Notes under the pieces: generated by a model
What the model was told of the DNA's origin: nothing
What the model saw: only the letters and a program-made list of their open reading frames with translations
The model's database searches: none
Made by a program: the position numbers and the translations under genes
NCBI GenBank assembly: GCA_040905465.1
Contig: JBBDRK010000015.1
Span: forward strand, 1 to 27,797
Direction: 5' to 3'
Length of the DNA stretch: 27,797 bases
DNA from: Trueperaceae bacterium
GTDB taxonomy: Bacteria > Deinococcota > Deinococci > Deinococcales > Trueperaceae
Shown here: positions 9,662 to 18,619 of the stretch, piece by piece
How the letters are laid out: every line of letters starts with the position of its first letter
Numbering within the stretch: the stretch's first letter is position 1

Positions 9662-10543
9662 GTGGCCGGGTTGAGCGGGCGCAGGGTGCCTGTGCCGGGA
9701 CTGGCCGGAGCAGGCGGCCTCGTGGCTTTGCTGACCGACTTCGGCACGGCCGACATCTACGTGGGCGTGATGAAGGGCGTCGTGGCGGAGATCGCGCCGG
9801 GAGCGGCCGTCACCGACCTGTCGCACGAGATTCCGGCACAGGACGTGAGAGCGGCCGCCAGCGCGCTCCTGTTCAGCTACCGCTACTTTCCGGCCGGCAC
9901 CGTCTTCTGCTGCGTGGTCGATCCGGGCGTGGGCACCGCCCGGCGGGCGGTGGCGGTAGAGCTCGGCCGCCCCGCCGGCGACCGGGCGGCGATACGGCGG
10001 GACTCCGTTACCGTGGTGTGCCCGGACAACGGTCTTCTCACCCCACTGCTCGAGCAAGGCGCCGGTGCCACGCGGGCAGTAGTGCTGGACGACCCCGCGT
10101 ACCACTTGGCGCGAGCAAGCGCCACCTTCCACGGCCGCGACATATTCGCGCCGGTGGCGGCCCATCTGGCTGCCGGAGTCGAGTTGACGGACCTGGGAAG
10201 CACCTGCGATCCGGACGGCCTCGCTCGCCTCCCCTGGCCCAGGCCGCAATCTGACGGTGACGGCTGGACGGCCGAGGTCATCCATGTCGATCGCTTCGGC
10301 AACCTCATTACCAACCTGCCGGGGACCGACCTGGCCAAACCGTTCGATACCTGGCGCGTGACCCTCGGCGAGCGAAGCGTGACGGGCGTTCGCGCCACCT
10401 TCGGAGAGGTGGCGGTGGGAGAACCCGTTGCCTATGTGGGAAGCAGCGGTTACCTGGAGGTCGCGGTTCGTCAGGGCAGCGCGGCCAGGGAGTGGCCGGC
10501 GGGGCGCGGTTCGCTGCTACGGGTTGAACGGGCGAGAGGCTGA
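9662..10543 (+). CDS. SAM hydroxide adenosyltransferase / SAM hydrolase (DUF62, SAM-dependent halogenase superfamily); start uncertain
   Basis: LLTDFG, VVDPGVGTARR, PDNGLL, SATFHGRDIFAP, DRFGNLITN; the Asp-Arg-His hydrolase triad is present. Confidence 0.9.
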   Translation: MAGLSGRRVPVPGLAGAGGLVALLTDFGTADIYVGVMKGVVAEIAPGAAVTDLSHEIPAQDVRAAASALLFSYRYFPAGTVFCCVVDPGVGTARRAVAVELGRPAGDRAAIRRDSVTVVCPDNGLLTPLLEQGAGATRAVVLDDPAYHLARASATFHGRDIFAPVAAHLAAGVELTDLGSTCDPDGLARLPWPRPQSDGDGWTAEVIHVDRFGNLITNLPGTDLAKPFDTWRVTLGERSVTGVRATFGEVAVGEPVAYVGSSGYLEVAVRQGSAAREWPAGRGSLLRVERARG

Positions 10544-11559
10544 CCGGACGGGCCCGCCGCCGGCTGCTCGGCAACGGCGTCCGGCACCAGCTGCAACGCC
10601 TCGACGAGGACACGCTCGTCGGCTCCCGGCAGGTGGGAGTTCTCACTGATGTGGCGGCGCCACGCCTTGGCGCCCGGCTGACCGCTGAAGAGGCCGAGCA
10701 TGTGACGGCTGATGCGGTTCAAGGGAGTGCCGGCCCTCGACTGACTCTCGACATACGGCAACATCCGCTGCACCACCTCGGCCCGTGTCGGGGCGAGTGT
10801 CTCCTCTCCGAACAGTTCGGCGTCCACCAGCGCGAGACGGTACGGCTCCTGGTAGGCGGCACGGCCGACCATCACCGAATCGACGTGGTGCAGGAGACGA
10901 TGGATCTCCGATATCGATCGCACGCCGCCATTGATCTCTATAGTCAGCTCCGGGAACTCGCGCTTGAGCCGATAGACATCGTCGTAGCGCAACGGCGGGA
11001 CCTCCCGGTTCTCGCGTGGTGACAGTCCCTTGAGCCAGGCCTTGCGGGCGTGCACCGTGAAGCGCGCCGCCCCTGATTCGGCAACTACCTCCACGAACCG
11101 GCGCAGGTGGTCGAAGCTGTCGAGCTCATCTATGCCGATGCGGTGTTTGACGGTAACGGGTGCGTTCGTCGCCTCGCTCATGGCCGTAAGGCACTCCCGC
11201 ACCAGAACCGGGTCGGCCATCAGACAGGCGCCGAAGTTTCCGTTCTGCACCCGTTCCGAGGGGCAACCGACGTTGAGGTTCACCTCGTCGTAGCCCCACT
11301 CCTCGGCCATCCGGGCGCACTCGGCCAGCTTGACGGGATCGTCGCCACCGAGCTGCAGGGCCAGCGGATGTTCCGCCGGCGTGTAGTCCAGGTGAAGTCG
11401 CCGGTCGCCATGGACGAGCGCGTTCATGTTCACCATCTCGGTGTAGAGAAGGGCGCGTGCGCTGATCTGGCGGATGAAGAACCTGAAATGCCGGTCGGTC
11501 CAATCCATCATCGGAGCAACCGACAAGCGTGGTGAGACGTGCGTTCCGACGGGGCTCAT
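10471..11559 (-). CDS. dusA: tRNA-dihydrouridine(20/20a) synthase
   Basis: [60 protein letters not shown] 11559 overlaps the ispH stop (ATGA). Confidence 0.95.
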   Translation of the reverse strand: MSPVGTHVSPRLSVAPMMDWTDRHFRFFIRQISARALLYTEMVNMNALVHGDRRLHLDYTPAEHPLALQLGGDDPVKLAECARMAEEWGYDEVNLNVGCPSERVQNGNFGACLMADPVLVRECLTAMSEATNAPVTVKHRIGIDELDSFDHLRRFVEVVAESGAARFTVHARKAWLKGLSPRENREVPPLRYDDVYRLKREFPELTIEINGGVRSISEIHRLLHHVDSVMVGRAAYQEPYRLALVDAELFGEETLAPTRAEVVQRMLPYVESQSRAGTPLNRISRHMLGLFSGQPGAKAWRRHISENSHLPGADERVLVEALQLVPDAVAEQPAAGPSGQPLARSTRSSEPRPAGHSLAALP

Positions 11560-12599
11560 GACGAGCGGGGCACCGGCACCCGCCGGGCGGGCCGGAACTC
11601 GATGTCTTCCCACTCGCCTTCCTCCACCAGCTCGAGCCGCGGGTTGAGATCGCGAAAGTGAGCGACGATCTCCTGCACCAGATCGTCGGGGGTCGACGCG
11701 GCAGAAGTCACCCCGACGGAGCGCACACCCCGCAGCCAGGCGGGATCAACGTCTCGCAGACTTTCGACACGCCTGGCATTGCCCGAGAGGTCCTGGGCGA
11801 GTTCGAGCAGCCGCATTCCGTTGCTGCTGTAGCTGCTGGTGACTACCAGGAACAGGTCGACTCGCGGCGCGATCGTGCGGACGGCGTCCTGCCGGTTCTT
11901 GGTGGCGTAACACAGGTCGGCCCGAGCGGGAACTTTCAGGTCGGGGAACCGGGTTCGCAACAGCTCCACTGTCCTGTTGGTGTCGTCCACCGAAAGCGTC
12001 GTCTGGGTGAGCACCACCACGCGCTGCGGGTCGGGCACGGTCACGGTGAGCGGGTCGGCCAGGCCCGGGTCGTGCTTGCGGTTGCCCAGCACGCCCACCA
12101 CGGTGGTCGCTTCCGGCGCCTCGCCGAGAGTACCGATCACCTCCTGGTGTCCGGTGGAATCGCCGATCAGGAGGATGTGGAAGCCCTCGCGAGCGTAGCG
12201 CTTCGCCTCACTGTGAACCTTCGTCACCAGTGGACATGTCGCGTCTATGGTCGCCAGGCCGAGCCGGCTTGCCTCGCTTCTCACCGCCGGACTGACGCCG
12301 TGAGCGCTGAAAACCACAGTACCGTCGAGTTCGCGGTCGTGGCGCGCGAGGTCGTGGCGCAGATCGTCGAGCTCGCTGAGGTCCTCCACGAAGTGCACCC
12401 CGTGCTGGTCCCGCAACCTGCCGACAACGGTATCGTTGTGCACTATCGAGTGGTACACGGGCAGGTCGCCGGCACCGGTTCTCCGGTTCTCATCGGCCGC
12501 CTGCTCCACGGCCTCGATAGCCATCACCACCCCGGCACAAAAACCTCGCGGTCTGGCGAGGTAGAGTTTTTCGACTTCACCCTTCGTCGCCACGTTCAT
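11556..12599 (-). CDS. ispH: 4-hydroxy-3-methylbut-2-enyl diphosphate reductase
   Basis: [50 protein letters not shown]; three Fe-S cysteines kept; TATAGT 7 nt before ATG 12599. Confidence 0.96.
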   Translation of the reverse strand: MNVATKGEVEKLYLARPRGFCAGVVMAIEAVEQAADENRRTGAGDLPVYHSIVHNDTVVGRLRDQHGVHFVEDLSELDDLRHDLARHDRELDGTVVFSAHGVSPAVRSEASRLGLATIDATCPLVTKVHSEAKRYAREGFHILLIGDSTGHQEVIGTLGEAPEATTVVGVLGNRKHDPGLADPLTVTVPDPQRVVVLTQTTLSVDDTNRTVELLRTRFPDLKVPARADLCYATKNRQDAVRTIAPRVDLFLVVTSSYSSNGMRLLELAQDLSGNARRVESLRDVDPAWLRGVRSVGVTSAASTPDDLVQEIVAHFRDLNPRLELVEEGEWEDIEFRPARRVPVPRSS

Positions 12600-12726
12600 G
12601 GTGGCCACTATACCGGCGCAAACCGGGTATCCCGGTTGGCCATGACCCACCGCCGGCAGCCGTGCCCGATTTCGGAAGCCGCCTGCTGGACGCTTGTTCT
12701 GACGATGCCAAAGGTGTTGCGCAGGG

Positions 12727-12756
12727 TTGACCGGCGATTTTGAGCCGTGATAGACT
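12727..12756 (+). promoter_or_regulatory. Promoter of tRNA-Ile
   Basis: TTGACC, 18 nt, TAGACT, with extended -10 TG at 12748-12749. Confidence 0.75.
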
Positions 12757-12769
12757 TCAGGTCGCTCGC

Positions 12770-12846
12770 GGGCGATTAGCTCAGCTGGTTAGAGCGCGTC
12801 GCTGATAACGACGAGGTCGGTGGTTCAAATCCACCATCGCCCACCA
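12770..12846 (+). tRNA. tRNA-Ile(GAT)
   Basis: Acceptor stem GGGCGAT/ATCGCCC, D-arm TAGCTCAGCTGGTTAGAGC, anticodon arm CGTCG-CTGATAA-CGACG, T-arm GGTGG-TTCAAAT-CCACC, encoded CCA; 77 nt. Confidence 0.98.
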
Positions 12847-12989
12847 TCCAGTCCCACAGTTCGCTGTCAGCTATCCCGGCCGGCAACGTGACGCAAGTTG
12901 CGGATTCGAGCGACGGCACGCGCACCCAAACAGGTGCGCTCTGCTTTGCTCTGCCGCCGGGGGACGTGCCGTTTCATAGTGGCGCGGAC

Positions 12990-14243
12990 CTACCGGAACA
13001 CCTGCCGGTAGCCCGCAAGTTCCAGGGCGACCTCCATGGAGCGGTCCCCCCTCTGTACGGTCAGGACCACCCGCTCGCCTACCGACCTCTCGCGAACCAC
13101 CTCGAGCAACCGGGTGAAAGTCGGCGTCGCGCGCCCGTCGACGGCCACGATCACGTCGGCCGTCAGCCGTGTTCCGATCGTTTGGCCCTGCGGGCCCAGG
13201 GCTCTGCGCTCACGGAGGCTGCGCAATCCGGCAGCCTCCCCGGGACCGTTCGGCTGGACCCGGCCCACCACCACCCCGGCGCGTCGGCCGAGTCCGGGCG
13301 TGTCGCGCGAACGCGGGTCGTATTCGTAGGCCACCTCGAAACCGATGACCGGCACGTCACGGCGCGCACCGGTTTGCAATTCAGCCAGGGCCTCCGACCC
13401 CGCCAGAACCGGGACAGCGTACGAGGCGAACCCGGGGGCGTCGCCGACACCGAACCAGGTGCTCAGCAGCGCGTCGCCGTCGGCCGACATCACGGCCGGC
13501 TCGAAGGAGATGTACGACACCACACCGAGGACGCTCGAGTCGCGGGCAAGGACCGGACCACCGGAATCGCCGGGCGCCAGGGCAGCGGTGAGCTCGATAG
13601 TCCCCGATGCGAAGTCCGGCTGGCGGGAGCGTACGCCCAGGCGCGTGACGTTGCCCGCCCGGTCCCCCAGGAACTCACCTCGCGAGTTGCCGATCGCCAC
13701 GACCTGACTCCCTACCGGCGGGGGCTCGGCGGCCAGGCGCAAGTAGGGCACGCCGTCGCTCACATCCGCCTGCAGCAAGGCCAGATCGAGATAGGCGTCG
13801 AAGCCCACCAGCTCGAGCCGATGGACGCGCTCGTGAGCGTCGACAGCTACATACTCCAGGCCACACCGAGCCGGAGCGGCCAAAGCCTGTCGCCTGATCA
13901 CGTGATAGGCCGTGAGGAGGCGACCATCGGGAGAGACGAAGAAACCGCTGCCGACATCGACCGGGGTCGATCCGTAGAGGGGATTCGAACAACGGCTCTC
14001 GATGCGGACCGTGGCGGTCCTCGCCCGCTCGTACACCTCCGCCATCTCCCCGATTGCCCGCACAGGCTCCGGCGCCAGTGGCATCGCCGAGTGCCGTGCG
14101 AACGGAAACCTGTCTGGATCCGGGAGCTCAGGACTCCGCTGCATGCCCGCGAACAGTCCCGCTACGGCCAGCAGCAGCAACAGCAGCCAGGTGAGTCGAC
14201 GCACTGGCCGGTTGACCGGAGACGGCGGCGGGATGCTCTTCAT
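12990..14243 (-). CDS. Trypsin-like S1C (HtrA-type) serine protease with C-terminal PDZ domain
   Basis: N-terminal hydrophobic anchor; GSGFFVS..LLTAYHVI (His), DLALL (Asp), PGDSGGP (Ser); PDZ-like DVIVAVDG...VQRG; GATAAT 6 nt before the ATG. Confidence 0.9.
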   Translation of the reverse strand: MKSIPPPSPVNRPVRRLTWLLLLLLAVAGLFAGMQRSPELPDPDRFPFARHSAMPLAPEPVRAIGEMAEVYERARTATVRIESRCSNPLYGSTPVDVGSGFFVSPDGRLLTAYHVIRRQALAAPARCGLEYVAVDAHERVHRLELVGFDAYLDLALLQADVSDGVPYLRLAAEPPPVGSQVVAIGNSRGEFLGDRAGNVTRLGVRSRQPDFASGTIELTAALAPGDSGGPVLARDSSVLGVVSYISFEPAVMSADGDALLSTWFGVGDAPGFASYAVPVLAGSEALAELQTGARRDVPVIGFEVAYEYDPRSRDTPGLGRRAGVVVGRVQPNGPGEAAGLRSLRERRALGPQGQTIGTRLTADVIVAVDGRATPTFTRLLEVVRERSVGERVVLTVQRGDRSMEVALELAGYRQVFR

Positions 14244-14376
14244 GACGGCATTATCGGATTCCAGGCGGTCGTCGTCTGCCGAGTAGCCGACAGAGCCGTA
14301 ACGGCCTGACAGCCGAACGAGCAGGTAGATCGGCGCGGCCGACAGCGGCGGAGGCGCGCGCGGTTATCATCGCGCC

Positions 14377-15378
14377 ATGACTCACTCCGTAGACAACCGC
14401 GGCGACGCCGATTACGCAGGCAAGCTCGAACGGATCGCCCACAAGCTGAGAGACTGGCAAGGTCCGGTGGTCGTCGTGAGCCACGTCGACCCCGACGGAG
14501 ACGCGCTGGGCTCTTCCCTGGCACTGAAGCGGGCGCTGGAGGAGCTGGGCAAGCGAGTCGTACTGCCGCTGGACCCGCCCAACTACCTGAAGTTCCTGAC
14601 CGACGAAGACGAACTGTCCGAGCCGCTGACGGAACTCCCGGAGGGTTGCCTGCTGGCGGTTCTCGACGTTGCGGACGAGCCCCGGGCGGAGGGTGCGCCG
14701 CTCACGGGGGCCGAGTTCGTTATCAACGTCGATCATCACGGCACCAACTCGCGTTTCGGCGACCTGGCGCTGGTCGAGCCGGCCAAGGCGGCAACCGCCC
14801 AGATAGTCAAGGAGATCGTCGAGGCCATGGGAGTGCGCTGGAGTGCCCGCACCGCCACGCCCTGTCTCACCGGAATCCTCACCGACACCGGGAACTTCCG
14901 TTACGCCAACACCGATCCCGAGTCGCTGCAGGCAGCCAGCGAGCTCATAGCTGCAGGCGTGGACTATGCCTTCCTGGCCGACCGCCTGCAGTGGCGTCAT
15001 CGCGACTACTTTCGGATGTTGGGCAAGGTGATGGGCACTGTCGAGTTTCCGCTCGACGGTAAAGTCGTCATCGCCGGCGTGACCGAGGAGATGCGCCGCT
15101 CCATCGCCGAGGGCGCGGATGACTCCGACGATTACGTGGGCCTGATCCGCTACGTGGAAGGGAGCAAGGTAGCCGTTTTCCTCAAGGAGAGCGAGGGCCA
15201 CACCAAGATTTCGGTTCGGACACGTGACGGTGTATCCGCTCAGGCTATCTGCATCGAGTTGGGTGGCGGTGGACACGTGGCGGCGGCCGGAGCCAAGGTC
15301 GAAGGTCCGATGGCGACTGCGCGCGAACAGGTCCTGGCGGCGGCGCGGCGTGAGCTGGAGAAGCGGGGCGAACTGTGA
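14377..15378 (+). CDS. nrnA: DHH/DHHA1 phosphoesterase (NrnA-like nanoRNase / pAp phosphatase)
   Basis: HVDPDGDALGS, NVDHH, TDTGNFRY, GGGGHVAAAGA; TATCAT 6 nt before the ATG. Confidence 0.88.
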   Translation: MTHSVDNRGDADYAGKLERIAHKLRDWQGPVVVVSHVDPDGDALGSSLALKRALEELGKRVVLPLDPPNYLKFLTDEDELSEPLTELPEGCLLAVLDVADEPRAEGAPLTGAEFVINVDHHGTNSRFGDLALVEPAKAATAQIVKEIVEAMGVRWSARTATPCLTGILTDTGNFRYANTDPESLQAASELIAAGVDYAFLADRLQWRHRDYFRMLGKVMGTVEFPLDGKVVIAGVTEEMRRSIAEGADDSDDYVGLIRYVEGSKVAVFLKESEGHTKISVRTRDGVSAQAICIELGGGGHVAAAGAKVEGPMATAREQVLAAARRELEKRGEL

Positions 15379-15400
15379 CGGGGGCCGAAGCGCGGCCGGG

Positions 15401-16324
15401 CTAGGCGTGGCCGGCAGCTCCGCGGCCACTGTCGGCGAGTGCCGCGGCCGAAGTGGCCAATCCCGGCAGGGCGTCCAGGCTGACCGGCGCCGTGTTCGCG
15501 ACTTCGGCCAGCCACGGCAATACCCGTTCGCTCGGCAGGTTGCCCACCAGTTCATCGCCGGCGAACGGGCATCCACCCACTCCGGCGAGCGCCCCCTCGA
15601 ACCAGCGCACTCCACCCTCCCAGGCGGCCTCGACCACCGGCCGCCAGCGATCGGGCCGTGCGTGGAGGTGCACGCCGAGATCAAAGGGCCGGTCGCACTC
15701 GGCCAGCACCGCCCTGACCAGGGAGGCGTCGGCCGTTCCCACGGTATCCGCCAGGGCCAGCCGCTCGATCCCCCGGTCGCGCAGCCTGGTAACCGCTTCG
15801 GCGGTGTCCGACGGCCGCCAAGGATCTCCGAACGGGTTGCCGAACCCCATCGACAGGTAGACCACCGGCTCGATACTGCTCCGCCGGGCCGCCGCCGCCA
15901 ACTCCTCCACCAGCTCCCACGAACGCGCCGTATCCATGCCGGTGTTGCGATGCTGGAAGGTCTCGCTTAGCGAGAGCGGATATCCGACGGACGTGACCGC
16001 GTCGCTCGCCTGGGCACGCTCCAGGCCCTGCATGTTGGCGACGATGCACAGGAAGTCGGCACCGTCCGGCCGTTCCAGCTCTGCCAGGACGGCCTCCGTG
16101 TCGGCCATCTGGGGCACCGCGCGCGGCGAGACGAACGACCCCAGATCGAGATGCCGGAATCCCGCCGCGAGTAGTTCCCGCAGGTATTCCCGTTTGGCCG
16201 CGGTCGGAATCCTGGTGGGCAGGCCCTGCCAGGCGTCGCGCGGGCACTCGACCCAGTGAACCCGGGAACCGGTGGGGACGCTGGCGCTGGAAGGACCGGC
16301 TCTGGAGACGCTTTCGCTGGCCAC
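15401..16324 (-). CDS. Hydroxymethylglutaryl-CoA lyase family protein
   Basis: VECPRDAWQG, GSFVSPRAVPQMADT, LADTVG, HLH, GGCPFA, GNL; TATACT 6 nt before the GTG. Confidence 0.88.
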   Translation of the reverse strand: MASESVSRAGPSSASVPTGSRVHWVECPRDAWQGLPTRIPTAAKREYLRELLAAGFRHLDLGSFVSPRAVPQMADTEAVLAELERPDGADFLCIVANMQGLERAQASDAVTSVGYPLSLSETFQHRNTGMDTARSWELVEELAAAARRSSIEPVVYLSMGFGNPFGDPWRPSDTAEAVTRLRDRGIERLALADTVGTADASLVRAVLAECDRPFDLGVHLHARPDRWRPVVEAAWEGGVRWFEGALAGVGGCPFAGDELVGNLPSERVLPWLAEVANTAPVSLDALPGLATSAAALADSGRGAAGHA

Positions 16325-16445
16325 GCCTAGAGTATAGGATCCGTGGCCGCACCCGCGAACGGCCTCGGCAATCCTGCAAGTCGGCCGGGCACGAGTCGAG
16401 GGTCGGTTCCCGGCCGGCGTTGTGCCGACCTATACTGAGGACGAC

Positions 16446-18059
16446 GTGTTGACCGCCCTGGAACTCAAGGACTTCGCTATCGTCGATGAGTTGCGGCTCG
16501 AGCTCGCTCCGGGCCTGAACGCCCTCACCGGCGAGACCGGTGCCGGCAAGTCGATCCTCATAGACGCGCTGGCCCTGCTGGTCGGACAGCGTGCCGACAC
16601 CGGCATGGTCCGGGCGGGCTGCAGCGTTGCGCTGGTGCAGGGCGTGTTCGAAGGGGTCGCGATCGGCTCGGCGGCACGCCGGCTGCAGACCGAGGGGCGA
16701 TCGAGCGCGCGGCTCGACGGCGAACTCGTGACTGTCGGCGAGTTGGCTGAGCGCGCGGGCGCTCTGGTGGCGGTGCACGGTCAGCACGCGGCTCAGGCGC
16801 TCACGCATCCGGAAGAGCCACGGCGTCGGCTCGACCGGTTACTCGACCCGGAACAGTCGAAGTGTCTCGACGACTACCGAATCGTCCACGCTGAGTTCCA
16901 GAGGTCCGTCAAGTCACTCGGCGACTTGAGGAACACGGCGCGCGAACGCGAACGACGCCGCGACACCTTGCGTTTCGAGATCGATGAGATCGATGCGGCC
17001 GAGCTGACCGCCGGTGAAGAGGCGCGGCTGCGGGAGCTTGCCGAAAGTCTCCGCCATGCCGAACGGATCGTACTCGGTTCCGCCCAGGCCCTGACTGCCC
17101 TGAGCGATGGGGAACGGAGCGCGCTGGCACTTCTCGACGCGGCGGCCCGCGACCTCGCGAACGCCGCTCGCCACCATCCCGCCCTGGTAACCCTCGCCGC
17201 GGAGTTGCACGAAGCGCGTGCGAGCGTGCAGGCAACCAGCGACGAGATCGAGTCTTTCCTCGCCGACTTCGAAGTCGACCCGGGCGAGCTCGACCGGGTC
17301 GAAGAGCGTCTGTCACGGATCGAGTCGCTGAAACGCAAATACGGCGAGAGCATCGAGGCGGTGCTGGCCTACCGCTCCGAGGCGGTGACCGAGCTGGAGC
17401 GTCTCGAGAGCGCCGAGCTCGACGCCGCGTCGCTCGAGCGCAAGGTAGCGGACCTCGAGCAGCGCGTGAGCGTCCTCGGCGAGAGCCTGAGCTCCGCCCG
17501 CCGGGCGGCGGCGCTGCGGCTTGCCGGCGAGGTCGCCAAGCTTCTCCAGGGACTCGGCATGCCTGGCGCCAGGTTCGAGGTTCGCTTCGAAAGGCTGCCG
17601 GAGCCGGGGCCGCACGGGCTCGAGCGGCCACGTTTTGGGTTCGGTGCCAACCCAGGGGAGCCGCTCGGTGACCTTGCCGCCATCGGCTCGGGCGGCGAGC
17701 TCTCGCGGGTGATGCTGGCGCTGGACGTCGTAACAGGTTCGGAGCGGCCGGTACTGGTATTCGACGAAGTAGATGCCGGCATCGGCGGTCAGGCCGCCCG
17801 GGCGGTGGGCTCGCTGCTCAAGCGCCTTTCGCGCAGGCACCAGGTACTGGTGGTAACTCACCTGCCGCAGGTGGCGGCGTTCGCCGACGCCCAGTACTTC
17901 GTCGAGAAGCGTTCCAAGGAGGGCAGGACGGTTACCAGGGTTCATCGCCTGGAGCCGCACGAGCGGGAGCAGGAACTGGCGCGAATGCTGAGCGGGGCTG
18001 TCACCGACGCTTCTTTGCGCAACGCACGAGAGTTGGTGGCCGAATCGGAGGCGGGTTGA
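16446..18059 (+). CDS. recN: DNA repair protein RecN
   Basis: Walker A GETGAGKS, Q-loop HGQH, coiled coil, SGGELSRVMLAL, FDEVDAGIGG, VTHLPQVAA; start moved to GTG 16446 (MLTALELKDFAIV), downstream of TATACT 16431-16436. Confidence 0.96.
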   Translation: MLTALELKDFAIVDELRLELAPGLNALTGETGAGKSILIDALALLVGQRADTGMVRAGCSVALVQGVFEGVAIGSAARRLQTEGRSSARLDGELVTVGELAERAGALVAVHGQHAAQALTHPEEPRRRLDRLLDPEQSKCLDDYRIVHAEFQRSVKSLGDLRNTARERERRRDTLRFEIDEIDAAELTAGEEARLRELAESLRHAERIVLGSAQALTALSDGERSALALLDAAARDLANAARHHPALVTLAAELHEARASVQATSDEIESFLADFEVDPGELDRVEERLSRIESLKRKYGESIEAVLAYRSEAVTELERLESAELDAASLERKVADLEQRVSVLGESLSSARRAAALRLAGEVAKLLQGLGMPGARFEVRFERLPEPGPHGLERPRFGFGANPGEPLGDLAAIGSGGELSRVMLALDVVTGSERPVLVFDEVDAGIGGQAARAVGSLLKRLSRRHQVLVVTHLPQVAAFADAQYFVEKRSKEGRTVTRVHRLEPHEREQELARMLSGAVTDASLRNARELVAESEAG

Positions 18060-18125
18060 GCAAACCGTTCGCGAACCCCTGACCCACTCGGCTCACAACC
18101 CCTACAATGAACTCGGGAGGTGCAG

Positions 18126-18353
18126 ATGTTTGACGGCGAAGGAAGCTTCGACGGCGAGCCCTGCCCTGCATGCGGCAGCGGCAACACCGTTACCTACGCC
18201 TACAACGAGGGTTTCAGCGAGATCGAGTGCCGGCACTGCGGATACCGCTCCGACCATGACGAACTCTCCGCACTGCAGCGTTTCGACGGGGCGTTGCTCG
18301 AAGGTGACAGCGACGAGCCGATGCCGGTGCCACTGAAAGCGATGAAGGCCTGA
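18126..18353 (+). CDS. Small acidic zinc-ribbon-like protein (75 aa), unknown function
   Basis: CPAC...CRHC pair; own -10 TACAAT (18103-18108) and SD GGGAGG (18115-18120) before ATG 18126. Confidence 0.8.
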   Translation: MFDGEGSFDGEPCPACGSGNTVTYAYNEGFSEIECRHCGYRSDHDELSALQRFDGALLEGDSDEPMPVPLKAMKA

Positions 18354-18524
18354 CGTGCAGTCGTGCATGCCGTGCCACCTCAGCAGACAGGCGCGGCCCG
18401 AGAATGTGCACGATCAGGCACCGGTTCGAACACCGCCCAGCAAGAGAATCCACCTTGCGGCCGGCACCGGTGCAGCCACACCAAACCCAGGCCGACCGAA
18501 CACGACCACACCAGAGACAGGCAC
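18350..18524 (-). ncRNA. Candidate rod-like structured small RNA (possibly 6S-like)
   Basis: Minus-strand -10 TAAGAT (18534-18529); nested stems 18500-18511/18355-18366, 18466-18473/18418-18425 and 18454-18458/18440-18444; the G-U pairs form only on the minus strand. Confidence 0.35.
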
Positions 18525-18619
18525 ATCAATCTTAGAAGTCCAGCCGTTACCGTCCCGGAACGGCGGACGGCTCCGTGCGCCGACTCCACCGCCCAGAGTG
18601 GAGACGAAGGGAGAAACCT

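Noticed and set aside
9662..10543. SAM-dependent fluorinase/chlorinase as part of a halometabolite cluster
   Set aside because: TFHGRD and the Asp-Arg-His triad indicate a DUF62 hydrolase, and there are no biosynthetic neighbours.
12770..12990. Integrated element or genomic island at tRNA-Ile
   Set aside because: No integrase, no duplicated tRNA 3' end seen in the window, and the flanking genes are housekeeping.
14280..14350. GCCGACAG-like direct repeats between the protease and DHH genes
   Set aside because: Short, GC-rich and irregularly spaced; cannot be distinguished from chance by eye.
18380..18526. Small minus-strand ORFs inside the ncRNA candidate (ATG 18526, GTG 18524)
   Set aside because: The start codons are only 2-4 nt from the -10 hexamer, there is no SD, and codon usage is atypical.
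18542..18603. SRP RNA or ZTP riboswitch
   Set aside because: It lacks the SRP helix-8 CAGG...GGAA...AGCA motif and the ZTP GACUGGCG / CGCCUGGGC motifs in the correct order.
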